A DNA stretch of 64,000 nt from the human T2T-CHM13v2.0 reference genome, Homo sapiens, in NCBI RefSeq assembly GCF_009914755.1, contig NC_060927.1; one strand, 5' to 3'. The position numbers and the translations under genes are program-made. The notes beneath the pieces were generated by a model, which worked only from the letters and a program-made list of their open reading frames with translations, made no database searches and had not been told where the DNA came from. The stretch's first letter is position 1. Each line of letters begins with the position of its first letter. This document shows, in pieces, positions 1 to 12,959 of this stretch.

Positions 1-183
1 CACTTAAACTTACATGAAGTAGATTTTTACACACATGAGTAATTAAATTGTGCTTAACGAGCTCTTCTTTGTACTTGTGAAGTTTTAGCATTTTGGTTGA
101 AGTTTCCTTAAAAGTTAGTAAATTCCAACACTGGACTTTTCATAATACACACTTTGCTATTGGGCTTAACCTTTTTTACTTAC

Positions 184-292
184 AGAGTGTCAGCACCCCT
201 CCGTGACATAAACCCCCTACCAAACAGTAGCCAGTGTCAAGGTTATCACATGAAAACAGACCGTAGGTTTCAGTCTCGTACTTTTCTAATGG
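184..292 (-). other. Candidate internal exon (109 nt) of a minus-strand transcript
   Basis: Minus-strand acceptor gaatttgcctttttcag|CC and donor CT|GTAAGT. Non-repeat sequence retaining 3 CpGs; one frame is open throughout (PLEKYETETYGLFSCDNLDTGYCLVGGLCHGGVLTL). Confidence 0.45.
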
Positions 293-360
293 CTGAAAAA
301 GGCAAATTCACAGCACGGACAGAGTAACACATTGACATCAAAGAACCTGTAATATCACAG
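186..360 (+). other. Candidate plus-strand exon (175 nt) overlapping the minus-strand candidate
   Basis: Branch-like gcttaac, then ttttttacttacag|A acceptor; donor CAG|GTAAAT at 360/361. Confidence 0.3.
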
Positions 361-1445
361 GTAAATTAATGTGCTTCCCACTGCCTATAGTCAAGGAGCA
401 AACTGGATTCTTCAGAAACACATTCTGAAGCCATTTTATCTTCCCATCCCCTTCTTCCTTAAATGTAATCGTCTACTGTCTGTAATGTAAGCAAATACTT
501 TAGTGAGGTTGTGAAAAATTGATTAGGAGCACCTTGAAGACCCTACCTCTGTGATATTTTTTTTTGTAATAGTTACATGGGTCAGCTCTTTGATATTTGC
601 TGCATATAGAGGCAGAAGTATTCCTTCACTTTAGTTCAGAAACACTTGAAATAGACTAAGTAGTAAAAATTAGTTACATATTCCAGTTGCTGTTTAATGC
701 ATTATTAAAGAATTTTCACATATACATTGGTGAGAAAGATGGGTGAACTATAATGTACAATTAATATGTTGCTTTGCCAAGAGATGACTGGATCACAACA
801 GTAGAGAAAGTCAGAAGATCACCCTGAGGACATCCCAACTAAATGCTCACTTATCACTGAATCTGGCTTTCCACGGGGTGTCTCTGCTAGTCTGCATGGA
901 GGTGGTTCAGTGCACGTGAACACGCCATGTACAAATAACGCTCAGATAAAATAATCCAGAAATAATATACTTTTTGACACATATAATAAGCATATGGAGT
1001 CAGTTAACCAAGAAATGAAATACGGCAAATGTTAGTGGGTCAGGGGTGCCTTGATTTGTTTCTAGAATAGGAGAGCCTAAAGGGCATGACATAAACCTGT
1101 GGAAAAAGAAAATGGTAAGATGCAAATCTCCCTCTGAAAAGAGTAGGTGGGCCCAGGGTAGATTGGGATGTGCCAAATGAAGACACAGAGATGTCCTCTT
1201 AAGCATCACCACTTGTTCATTCTGTGATGCAGAGCCTGTGTCAACATTAAGACAGATGCTTTGAGGATCAAATAATACAATGCATTGACACTGATAATAC
1301 AAACGAAAGGAGAGTGGCTGCCGTTATGATGTTTAGTCTTATTCCTTGCTATTCCTACCATCATCATTGTTATTACTACTGGAGCTCAGGTCCCAGCAAA
1401 CTTTCTATAAAAGGCCAGAGAGTAAACATTTTAAGCTTTACATGT

Positions 1446-1648
1446 ACAGTTGTTTCATTTATGCAAATAAAAATACAGGAGTTCAGTTACATTTCAATTT
1501 CAGATAAACAGTAAATATTTTCTTTTAATACAAGTGTGTCCTGCTCAATATTTGAGATGTGCTTATACTAAAAATGTATTCGCTGTTTATCTGGTTTTTT
1601 TTTTTCTTAGTTTTATCTCAGGCTTTCCATGTGTTATCTGGCAACCCT
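1446..1648. mobile_element. MER53-like palindromic hAT MITE
   Basis: gcaaataaaaatacagga..tttcagataaaca..cttatactaaaa..gtttatctg, ending atctggcaaccct (MER53-type terminus). Confidence 0.75.
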
Positions 1649-1824
1649 ATTTATAGGCCATGGGTTTTCTGTTGCAGCTACTTGACTCCGCTGTTGTAGC
1701 GTGAAAGCAGCCATGACAGCACATAAACAAATGCATGTGGCTGTGTCCTAATGAAACTTTATTTACAAAAACAGATGACAGATGAGGTGATATGGTTTGG
1801 CAATGTGTCCCCACCCAAATCTCA

Positions 1825-2301
<477 letters not shown>

Positions 2302-3849
2302 TCAGGTAGTTCTTTATAGCAGTGTGAAAACAGACTAATACACGAAGATAGGAGTTGGCCCATGGGCCATACTTTCCTGACTCATGTCAAAGGTCAAAAT
2401 AAAGCCTACACTGAGTTAAATAATCGGATTTAATGTAAGGATGGACTATTCTAAACATTTGAAGGGAGCATTTTCTTTCATTTGGACAAATAGGGTAAAT
2501 TTTCACCACTGCCTGGCCACAATTCCTGGGTCTTCCTGTCTGCTACCTTGCCTAGGAAAATGTTTCTGACACTGCAATGCACCTGATATTGAAGCCACTG
2601 AAAATCAATATTTGACACATGTGTGTTCCAATATCATACCACAACAGACACACAAATGAATGAGACTTTGTGCCTGCCTTCAAGGATCTCCCACCCAGGT
2701 CAGGAGGGTCCTTATTTTTATTTTTTTTAAAAAGTAATATTAAAGGTAATACATATTGTAAGCTAGTTAGTTGGGTCAAGCAAACCCTTGGCCAAAGCTG
2801 GTAGAAGAAACGAAGGGACCCAGACCTTGGCTGAATTGCAACTTGAAGGCAGTGTGGCTCAGTCTTACTGACAGACCCGTGCACTCAGATGGGTAACCTG
2901 TATCACAAATACGGCAAAAAAGCAGAGTCAAACTGGGGATATTTATTCAAGGAAGAAAAGCCTACAAAAGAGAGACGCAAGGAAGAATGGCTGAATATTT
3001 GATTGTGTGGAGGAGAGACCTAACTTACTCCATATAGTTTGCAAGGACCTGAATTATTTCACATAGCTCAAGATGACAGAACCACTGTCCAGTTCAGTTC
3101 AACTTAACAACTGTCTACAGAACACATACTAAGTAGGTAGGTGAAAGCCTGGCCCCACATGTACATTACAATCTAGTTGGAATGATAGAGGTAAATACAT
3201 AATTAAACAGAGAATCAAGAAAGAGATTCCTAAGAAAATGGCATTATTGGGGACTTGAGGAATGACTTGGATTTGGTCTAGAAGAAAAGGGTGAGAGGCA
3301 GCCTGTAGGCAGATAGGAAAGCACTGGCAAATGCTCAAAGCATAGAGCTTGGCATGTGGCAGGAACAATGACAAGTTCAATGTGGTTACACAGTTGGACC
3401 AGAGGAAGAATTAATTGTCTCCCAGCGATGGTGATGAGACATGAAAGCGTTTAAACTAATTATTAAATAGTATTGATTTTAGAGAGGTGGAATGTGGCTT
3501 AACTTATGGAACAGATGTCTAGTATTGCTAGAATGCTGCCCATTCACAGAATTTTCCAACAAGGAAGCAAATGGCCATCTTGAGTGAGACTATGAAGAAA
3601 ATTCCTGCTCTAGAGAGGAGGTTGCATTGGTGAGATAGATGCATCGGGTGTGTCTTGCATTAAACAAATCCAGATTCAGATAGGGACTCTGACTCCTGCC
3701 AACTGGTGACCCTGAGCTTCAGTTCTGCCATCTTTAAAGGGGGATAGTTACTGATTTTGCAGGGTTGTTGTGAAATTTAGAAATGAGTACCAAGTATAAC
3801 TGTCCAGCACATAGAAGTTATTCAGTAAATAGTATAGACACAGACTTTC

Positions 3850-4090
3850 TGACTTTAAATTGTGGACATTTTCAAATATACAGAAAAGGAGAAGCATATA
3901 ATGAATGCCCACAAGCCCATTACGAAAATTTAATAAATGTGTCATATTTTCTCACCTTTTATTTCTGAAGTATTTTTAAAGTTGGACATCAAGACATTCC
4001 ACCCCTAAATATGTCAGTCTGTTTCTAAAAATTATGGATTTTCCCTATATAATAGTACCTAATAAAATAAAGCACAATATTACAGATATT
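3850..4090 (-). mobile_element. Old L1M 3'-UTR fragment
   Basis: ttttcaaatatacagaaaag..atataatgaatgccca, typical of reverse-oriented L1MC/ME 3' ends. Confidence 0.55.
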
Positions 4091-5920
4091 TTATGCCTCT
4101 TTTTAAAATAAATGTTGGCTTCTCACGACGTATTTTTATGAATATTATTTTAGTGCATTCACTAACTCTCATGCAGACCTACCCTTTTCAATGTTTTAAA
4201 GTCCCCCAAACAAGTTCCCAAATATTAACATTCTCAGAAATACTTCCACTGTTTGCGTTTCTGTATTTAGTTCAGAATAAGGTTTTGCAATTTTTCTTTT
4301 TATGGATACAGCCTGGGGTGCACTGTTCAGCTACAAGAGTTCTGCAGTGCTCTCCAAATTTTAAAAAAGTGTTTACCTCTCTGAAGATGGACAATTTTAA
4401 CTTAAATTATTTCTCTGCAACAGCCATAACAGATGAAAAGCACATTTGCAATTACTTGCCCCATTTTTAAACCATTTTCTTCTTAGGCAATTTTTGCTTC
4501 CAGGTGAGCATAGGCCATTCTCTCCTCCTCTTAGAACTGGCTTCTGTCACACCTGCTGCAACACTTGCATCGCATTTACTTACTAACGGGATCTTTTACC
4601 TTGGACTGTGCACACAGGGCCTGTGTCAATCCCAGTCCCCAGTCCCCAGCCCAGATCCTGGCAATTGCTAAGCCCTCAGTTAGGTGTTGGCTGAATGACT
4701 ACACAAATGAAGGAGATACTTATGGCTTTGGCTGTGCTCTTATTTTGCTCATCAAATCTTCCTTTTCCAGACAGAGAAAAAGCAAAATTCTGCTTAGGTC
4801 GTAGGATCTTAAAGTCTGAATTAACAACTTCTAAACAAATAGGGTTTTCTGATAGTTTTCTATGCATCCTTAAGACATTTGACAATTGTTGAATGAATCC
4901 CCACTTGTATTTACTCTTATACCTCCCAAGAATTCATGAGACCAACTGACACTCAAGGAAATCTAGAGGCTAAATATAGAGACATGGGGCCTCCTTTCAC
5001 CTGTTTCTTAAATGAGAACGTTCACCTCCATTGCATGTAGCCTAATGTGACTACGGGCAAACAACAGAATATGCAGTGGTGAGGCTCATTTTTGGTGGGG
5101 ATTTTCTTCTTTTTTTGGCAATACATAGGGTGAGATTTCAGCTGCCAAATTATACAGCTCTTCAACTCTGTGCCAAACTTTATCAATTTCAAGAGTCACC
5201 TATTAGAACAATTTCTAAGAGATTAGTTTTAATCCAACAGGAGATCGCTTCTTGTCTTCCAATGTCAGAAAAATAGGTCAAAACTGAGTCTCCTACAAGT
5301 CCACATGATCTATTTCTTTCTTTTCATTTATTTATTTTTTGACTGAATAAAACTGGCATTCCTAAGATAGAGAATTCAGACCAGGGCCCATATGTGACTG
5401 TAATATCCTCATAAATCAAATTATGCAAAATACATGCAATTATCTACATTACCTACTTGAATAAAAGGAGACTTTTTTCTCTCCAAGACCCAAGAATGAT
5501 CTGAAGTCTACTTTTCTTGGCAGATTAAATTGCCCATCCATCTCCAGCCATTGGTGCTCGTTCAAACAAGTAATGGCTCTGCAAAGGCTGATCCTAAAGG
5601 GTCCCCAAATTCATACTTAATCTAGAGATAAGTGCAGCAATCAATCTTTCCCAGGGTCTAAGAGAGCTATTGTATTCCACCCAATGACGTAGCATGTGCA
5701 ACTATTGTTATGGCTTTCTGCCCTAATGACTCAAAATGAACATTTTTAGACAATCCAAACTGGCAGAGGTATCCTCAACAGAGGGAACATGCTTCAGAGA
5801 GTTGAGTGGGTCGTTACTTGAGGCTTTTTTCCCTGAGGTTGAGGGAGCAGCTGTTACTGGGGCTATTACATCATGCAGATACGATATTAATACGAAACAC
5901 TGCAAAGTTTATCTTTAAAG

Positions 5921-5996
5921 ATGGACCGCAGACCAGACTAAAAACCTGAGGAAATCTTGTCCACGTCTGTAACGTCTCTATTCCCTGCCTGCTCAG
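5921..5996 (+). other. Candidate plus-strand exon (76 nt)
   Basis: Consensus donor CAG|GTGAGT at 5996/5997; weaker acceptor tttatctttaaag|ATG; several CpGs retained locally. Confidence 0.3.
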
Positions 5997-6528
5997 GTGA
6001 GTTTGGCTTTCCTGCATTTTGCTGAATAAAATGATTATGTGATCTCACTGTCTGTTTTATTCTTCTTCAGTCTCAAAAGAAAAAAAGAAATCCTAATAGA
6101 ATGAGAGTGAGAGGGCAGTAGAGTAGGGTGCAGTCTTTTAAAGAGAAGTCTTTTAAACATGGCTCAAGGATACTGTACTCCAAATTGGGGGAAGAATCTG
6201 CTGAGGCTCAGAACCCCTGTAGGGTATGCCTGGGCCAAGTCCCAGGACACTAAGAGAACTGTGTGAAGCTACCAAGGCTGCCAGGAGGAGCAGCTGAATT
6301 CAAAGCCCAGGCCACACACAGAAGCACTAAATGCCAGCAGATCGCCAAAACCTGCTGTGGCCAAGGGCTGGCAACAGAAGGAAAGCTGCCCATTTGGAGA
6401 GGGGGCATCTGCCCCCATTTAAAGGCTAGAACACAACTCTTGGTTCTCTCCACAAGAAAAAAAAAAAAAAAAAGGATCAAGGACCCAAACAAAATAATAG
6501 GGGAATAGACGTATCAGTTTGTAGGTGA

Positions 6529-6636
6529 TTTATTATTTTTATTTTATTTATTTATTTTTTAGATGGAGTCTCGCTCTGTCGCCCAGGCTGGAGTACAATG
6601 GCGCAATCTCAGCTCACTGCAACCTCCGCCTCCCAG
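6529..6636 (-). mobile_element. Truncated Alu 3' fragment
   Basis: (ttta)n tail, then agatggagtctcgctctgtcgcccaggctggag..cctccgcctccc. Confidence 0.9.
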
Positions 6637-7189
6637 AGAGTGATTCTAATTGAATCCAACAACAGTATGCAAGCTTTCCTGCCCAGCCTTGGAAATGACC
6701 CAAGGAGACTGGGCAGGTTTGGCATTTCAGGTAGATGTAGAAGAAACCAGACCGGAGCTCACCCCTAAAATAATGATGGGGGAAGAGGGTGAGTGGAGCT
6801 TGTGGGATAGACTGAAGACCCAAAAAGGAGGGTATCTAGTAGGGGGCACTCACCCTCTGGCCCCACCTCTTATGTCTGGCACAGGTTGGGAAGGGCTGGC
6901 AATCTTGAAGACACCAGGAACACTGAGATGCAGTTATGGACACAGCTCTAGGACTATAACCCAGAATTCACCTTCTCTGAAAGCCCAAATGTCTGAGAAA
7001 AAAGAGCTGCCAAAAGTCACATTGCATTCCTCCTTCACCTTCACACCTCCACTTCCTGGAACAGGAATCCTGAGGGTGATTACTTGCCTGATTTCCCATG
7101 CTACCTAGTTTATCTTCCCTCTTATCATGTTCTTCCTGCCACCTGTGTTTCCCAGGTCATATCAACTTGGGGGTTAGAGAAGCCTAATT

Positions 7190-7330
7190 CATTCAACTAA
7201 CAAATATTTATTGAGTGCTTACTGTGTGCCAGGTCCTGTAACAGGCATCAGTGATAAAATGGTGAACAAAACTAGGCAAAGGTCTTGCTGCATTCATGGA
7301 TTTATGACTTAAATGGCAGGGAGGTGCTGA
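7190..7330 (-). mobile_element. L2 3'-end fragment
   Basis: ttcattcaac..caaatatttattgagtgcttactgtgtgccagg (L2 tail motif). Confidence 0.7.
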
Positions 7331-8048
7331 TACCAGTTGGAGAGGTGCTAATTCACTAGTCATGCAGATAAAATGTAACTTTAGTGTTCCAGTGGCATAA
7401 TTAGTTAGCATGCAGTGCTTATAAAATGTAAATTGCTCAGCGGGCTTAGGTTTTTGCCAAGGGTGCCAGCTTCCAAGTCACTACTACTTTTTTCCATTGC
7501 TAACATATCTGCCAGCTCCAAAGTGGCATGTTTCAGATGTTCTCAAAGACCCCAGAGGCTTCGGCAAGGCCACCTATTCAGTTTCCACTGGCCGTCTTAA
7601 CTGTGGGCCCTTTGCTTTCAGGCCAAGTATGAGGGAAGTAAAACAGAAACCCCTCTGTGGACAGACGCCCAGCTCCACTCGGAGTTACTCCTTCTCTCTC
7701 AACCCAGTTTCCCTAAGGTGCTTTAATTCCCAGGAGGCAAGGTGGTCCTTCATGCGTATAGACCTCTAAGAAGCCCGCCTAATCAGACATGCCCAGGTAG
7801 ATCAAGACTCAGCTTAAACTAGAGATGGCACAGAGACCCTCCTGCCAGCTCTGCTCTGTAGGTGATGTTCTCCGGGAGTACACTAAAGGGCATCAGGGAT
7901 GAACAACAAATAACTGATGTGAATGAGTGATGTCTGATGTAGACATGAAAAATGAAGTGTTGGCCCTATGTTCAAGTTAAGCTATGAACGTTCTCGTTAC
8001 TTATTCAACAAACATTTGGGGGTCTACTGAGTACCAAATGTAGGATGG

Positions 8049-8429
8049 TGATATGGTTTGGATTTGTGTCCCTGCCCAAATCTCATGTCAAACTGTACTC
8101 CCCAGTGTTGGAGGAGGGGCCTGGTGGGAGGCGATTGGATCATGGGGGCAGATTTCCCCTTTGCTGTTCTCATAATAGTGAGTTCTCACAAGATCTGGTT
8201 GTTTAAAAGTGTGTAGCACCTCCTTCTCCACTCTCTTCCTCCTTTTTCTGGCCATGTAAGATGTGCCTACTTCCCCTTCACCTTCTACTATGATTGTAAG
8301 TTTCCTGAGGTCTCCCCAGCCATGCTTCTGGTACAGCCTGCAAAACCATGAGCCAATTAAACCTCTTTTCTGTATAAATTACCTAGTTTTAGGTATTTGT
8401 TTATAGCAATGTGAGAATGGACTAATACA
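8049..8429 (+). mobile_element. Complete MSTB-like solo LTR (ERVL-MaLR)
   Basis: tgatatggtttgg...gactaataca with a perfect 5-bp TSD GATGG (8044-8048 / 8430-8434). Confidence 0.95.
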
Positions 8430-8519
8430 GATGGAAAGAAGAAAGAAGGCTGGTTTGCAAATCAGAACATCAATCCTGGAATAAAGCACTATCTGGGAAT
8501 CCATAAGTCAGTGCCTTCA

Positions 8520-9130
8520 CATCCATCGCTCATTCTTCCACTCAAGAACTACTTAATGATCACCAACTCTGTAATAGGCACTGTGCTTTGTGATGGGGAT
8601 ACAGTGGTGAACACAAAGGACTAGGTTTTGCCTTCCTGAAATTCAAAGTGTCATAAGAGAGAAGAACAATAAACAAGTAAAAAAATGAAACTTCAGATAA
8701 AGACAATCTAAAGGAATAAAGGGACAAAGAGTTACAGGGGAGAGGGTATACTTTAGCTAGGCCTTCCTGTGAAGGAGATGTTTGAACTGAGCCCTGAGGG
8801 ATGGAGGACATGGGGCCAGCTAGGGGAAGATCACAAGGAAGTGCAGACCAGATGGGAGAACGCTAAGTGTAAACGCTGTGAGGCAAGTATGAGCTTAGAA
8901 GAAACAAGCCAATGGGGCCGGAGCTTAGGAAGACAGAAGAAGGTGACATCAGATGGCTTTGGGGAGTAGGCAGCGGGCAGCGGCAGGTTACACACCCTAG
9001 TTGGGGGTTGGGTTTTACTTTAGTTTTATGTTTTAATATTATTTTTGCCTCTGAGCATGCAATAGAGGGAACAGACATGATCAAACTCATACCCTAAGAT
9101 TATCCCTGTGGCCACTGTGTGGATAGATCT
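8520..9130 (-). mobile_element. L2 fragment
   Basis: ggcactgtgct..ggggatacagtggtgaaca..ggccttcctgtgaaggagatgtttgaactgagccctga..gacatgatc. Confidence 0.7.
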
Positions 9131-9769
9131 TAGGACAGGAGAAAAATCAGTACCACAGTGTCCTCATCTGTAAAATGAGACATTGGATTGCATGGGCTCT
9201 AAGGTCCCTTTGGCTCTGAAATTTTAACATCTATGATGAACTGGGATGAGTGTTAGGATCACAGTGAGCCTGTCTGCCTGGTTCACTGCTATCTCGCTTG
9301 GAGGCCTCCGAAGGCTCCAGCATACAAAGGTGGCTGGTAAATATATACCAAATGAATGACTCTGATTTTCATTTACCTAAGACTTGCCCTCTTAACATTA
9401 AAGAAGTCTGTCTTTTTAGACCTAAGTGGTTATCATCACTGCTGACGAGGTCAAGTCATTCAACATTTATTTGGGGGCAGTTTGGGGGCTGATAGTGAAC
9501 CAGCCTGGATTAAGAGCTCTGGGGCACACCAGGTTCTTCTCCAGTAGTTTTACATTCTTCAGGGATGGCCTCTTTTCCCTCCTTGCTGATCCTATTTCTG
9601 AGCACATCTTAGGGGGAACATCACAGGGTCTCTGTCTGGGTTGGGCAGAAGGTAGAAAAGGTATATACAAGCAGAGGGTGCAAAGGTTTGCAGGTTGAGA
9701 ATGCAGGATATTGTCAGACGATGTTAGATAATGAATTCTTCAGTTCTCAGGGGATAAAAATTATAAATA

Positions 9770-9852
9770 TATTTGGTTGAACAATTAGAAATTTCTATCT
9801 TTTCAGATAAAAAAAGTTGAATATCAGCAATTTCATTGGGTTCAATCTAATG
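9770..9852. mobile_element. MADE2-like mariner MITE
   Basis: About 80 bp with inverted ends ttggttgaac..gaaatt / aatttca..gttcaatctaa. Confidence 0.7.
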
Positions 9853-9889
9853 TATAGTAACCAATATACCTTACATATTGGTTACTATA
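9853..9889. repeat. Perfect 15-bp inverted repeat, 7-nt loop
   Basis: TATAGTAACCAATAT accttac ATATTGGTTACTATA. Confidence 0.95.
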
Positions 9890-10061
9890 TCTGAGTGCCA
9901 TAAAAGACGGTATTCATCCACAAGCCACAGAGTGTCACACTTCATCTTAAGGAAATCTAAAAACACTTCACTCCAGGTTTTGGAAAATAACTCTGAAAAC
10001 AGCTAAATAAAACTCTGGAAAGGCAAGTGAATGGAAGGAGGGGGATATGGCAGAAGGTTCT

Positions 10062-10470
10062 TGTGGCAGATCATGTTGTCATTCACAATTATTTGCTCCC
10101 TGCTTCCCTCTAATAGCAGCCAACATCCCCTCCCTTTGCCAGGTGATTTGCAGGCCTTCCTGTAGGAAAAGTACACTTCCTTGCCCCATCGTCAGGCTTG
10201 GCCATGTGATCTGCCTTGACGAATGGGATATAAGAGAAAGTAATGCGTGCAAACTGCAAGCAGACACTTTAAGAGCCATTGTATGCTTCTTCTAACTCTT
10301 TTTTCTCTGCCAGGAGAATGGCATATCCCAAACAGAGGCTGCTACCTCATCCTGGATCCTAGAGTGATGGTGACATGTAGAGCACAAGCACAGACCCCAG
10401 TGACCCATGGCTGACATGCAACCACTGAGCTGTAGGGGTCACTTGTTATCCTCCAAAGCCCACTAATATA
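10062..10470 (+). mobile_element. MLT1-family (MaLR) LTR
   Basis: tgtggcaga..ttgccccat..ggcttggccatgtga..ttgtta..ctaatata. Confidence 0.65.
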
Positions 10471-10479
10471 GCTTATAAA

Positions 10480-10790
10480 CTTGCAGCCTCCAGGCCACAT
10501 CAGAACCATAGGAACATTGTGTTTGACTTGCATGGAATTTTAAAAATTTATTTTTTTAGTCGGTTGCCAAAATATTAAAAAATCCCAGTTTGAGGCTTTC
10601 TCTAACAATTGGAAGAATTGGTAACATCAGAGCTGTATTCCTGCATGACAGAAATCAACTGGAACAGAGGAGTGAGTGCCCCCTTCCCCCTTTGATGGGC
10701 AGATGCTCTCCAGCCCTCACTATTTCCTACCATCTTTCCAACTCTGAATCTAAGAGTTGGTTGCAATTTATCATCACTGTTAAACTGTTG
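10480..10790 (+). mobile_element. MER102-like hAT-Charlie fragment
   Basis: ttagtcggttgccaa..ttggaagaattggtaaca..ccccttt..gctctccag..atttatcatc. Confidence 0.5.
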
Positions 10791-10796
10791 GTTTTT

Positions 10797-11446
10797 AATT
10801 TTTTAATTTTTTTAAATTATACTTTAAGTTCTGGGATACATGTGCAGAATGTGCAGGTTTGTTACATAGGTACACATGTGCAGGTTTGTTACATAGGTAC
10901 ACATGTGCCATGGTGGTTTGCTGCACCCCTCAACTCGTTATCTATATTAGGTATTTCTCCTAATGCTCTCCCTCCCCTTGCCCCCCACCCCTGACAGGCC
11001 CCATTGTGTGATGTTCCCCTCCCTGTGTCCATGTGTTCTCATTGTTCAACTCCCACCTATGAGTGAGAACATGCGGTGTTTGGTTTTCTGTTCCTGTGTT
11101 AGTTTGCTGAGAATGATGGTTTCTAGCTTCATCCATGCCCCTGCCAAGGACATGAACTCATTGTTTTTTATGGCTGTATAGCATTCTATGGTGTATATGT
11201 GCCACATTTTCTTTATCCAGTCTATCATTGATGGGCATTTGGGTTGGTTCCAAGTCTTTGCTATTGTAAATAGTGCTGCAATAAACATACGTGTGTATGT
11301 GTCTTTATAGTAGAATGATTTCTAATCCTTTGGGTATATACCCAGTAATGGGATTGCTGGGTCAAATGGTATTTCTGGTTCTAGATCCTTGAGGAATCAC
11401 CACACTGTCTTCCACAATGGTTGAACTCATTTACACTCCCACCAAC
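10797..11446 (-). mobile_element. 5'-truncated L1PA (PA7-like) 3' end with TSD
   Basis: ORF 11046-11288(-) is the L1 ORF2p C-terminus (MFIAALFTIAKTWNQPKCPS...HRMFSLIGGS). TSD AACTGTTGGTTTTT at 10783-10796 / 11444-11457, with a TT/AAAA endonuclease site. Confidence 0.95.
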
Positions 11447-11539
11447 TGTTGGTTTTTTAATACTTGATTCAATATACATCATTCAGATTACAAATTATCC
11501 TGATTTACCTTAAAGATAAAATGGAGAATGACATTAGCA

Positions 11540-11730
11540 ACATCGATTGTGCTAGGTACTAGGTACCTTATGTGCATTATCTCACTGAGTCTTCACGTCC
11601 ATCCTGCTACCATTGCACAGAAGGGGAAACTGAGTCTGGGAGCCCAGAGTTAGACAAAAGTTAGTAAGAAGTAAAGCTAGGACTTGAACCCAGGTCTGTT
11701 TATCTCCAAATCCCATGCTCTTAACCTCTC
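11540..11730 (-). mobile_element. MIR
   Basis: gtgctaggtact..cattatctca..gaaactgag..ggacttgaacccaggtctg..ctccaaatcccatgctcttaac. Confidence 0.75.
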
Positions 11731-12303
11731 TTGTGACTTGTTCGTGGTGGAAAAATTAGAAGATGAAAATAAGCAGAAATGCTGAGGCATAAACCCCACT
11801 AGGCTGGCTGACTGCAGGCACAAAGCATGAGCCTCCTAATCAAACTGGGCTTCCAATTAACACAATCTGTCAAAACAGCAGTAACTCTTGCTCCCATTGC
11901 ACCATTGCACTGAGGCGAGATAATTAACCCTGCACACCTGATGAGACTGTGCCTTCTTCAGTACCCACTCTGCCCCACAGCAGGCCTGAGGAGGCAGGCT
12001 CTCCACCTGTAATGGGAAATAACCTTTGCACAGAGCACACAGGATGTCTGTAATTATGGGTTTTCTCAGAAATCTCAACTGTGTCTCACCTTTTGCTCCT
12101 ATCCAGTTGTAACCTTCACAAACAACCACTCACTTGGAGGGGTGAAATATCCATCAGCAACCTGGGAGCAACTCATAAAGGATCTGGGCTCCAAGGCCTC
12201 ACGTCTGTGGGCCTCTCCGCCCATCAGGACTGTTGTGAGTATTAAATAAGAAAATCCATGCCCAAAGGTAGTATGGTACTCTAGGCATACAGTAAGGCAT
12301 TAA

Positions 12304-12806
<503 letters not shown>

Positions 12807-12959
12807 ATTTTATTTTATGTTAATTTTTGAAAAAAGTATTTCAAGTTATCACCCATCCTTTCCCTCCCTAAGCTTTTATATTCATCAGCACTGAGCCCAG
12901 CATGCTGGAATTGTCAAATTTGCCAAGATGAAGAGGGTCCCTTGGGCCTGAAGCAACTC

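Noticed and set aside
6836-6850. CTAGTAGGGGGCACT as a CTCF site
   Set aside because: Mismatch at the near-invariant second C of the core.
6650-7108. Longest ORF (152 aa)
   Set aside because: Starts at TTG, has no recognisable domain or splice context, and its length is within chance for this GC-richer patch.
11046-11288. ORF with clear protein similarity
   Set aside because: It is the C-terminus of L1 ORF2p in a roughly 650-bp truncated insertion, not a host gene.
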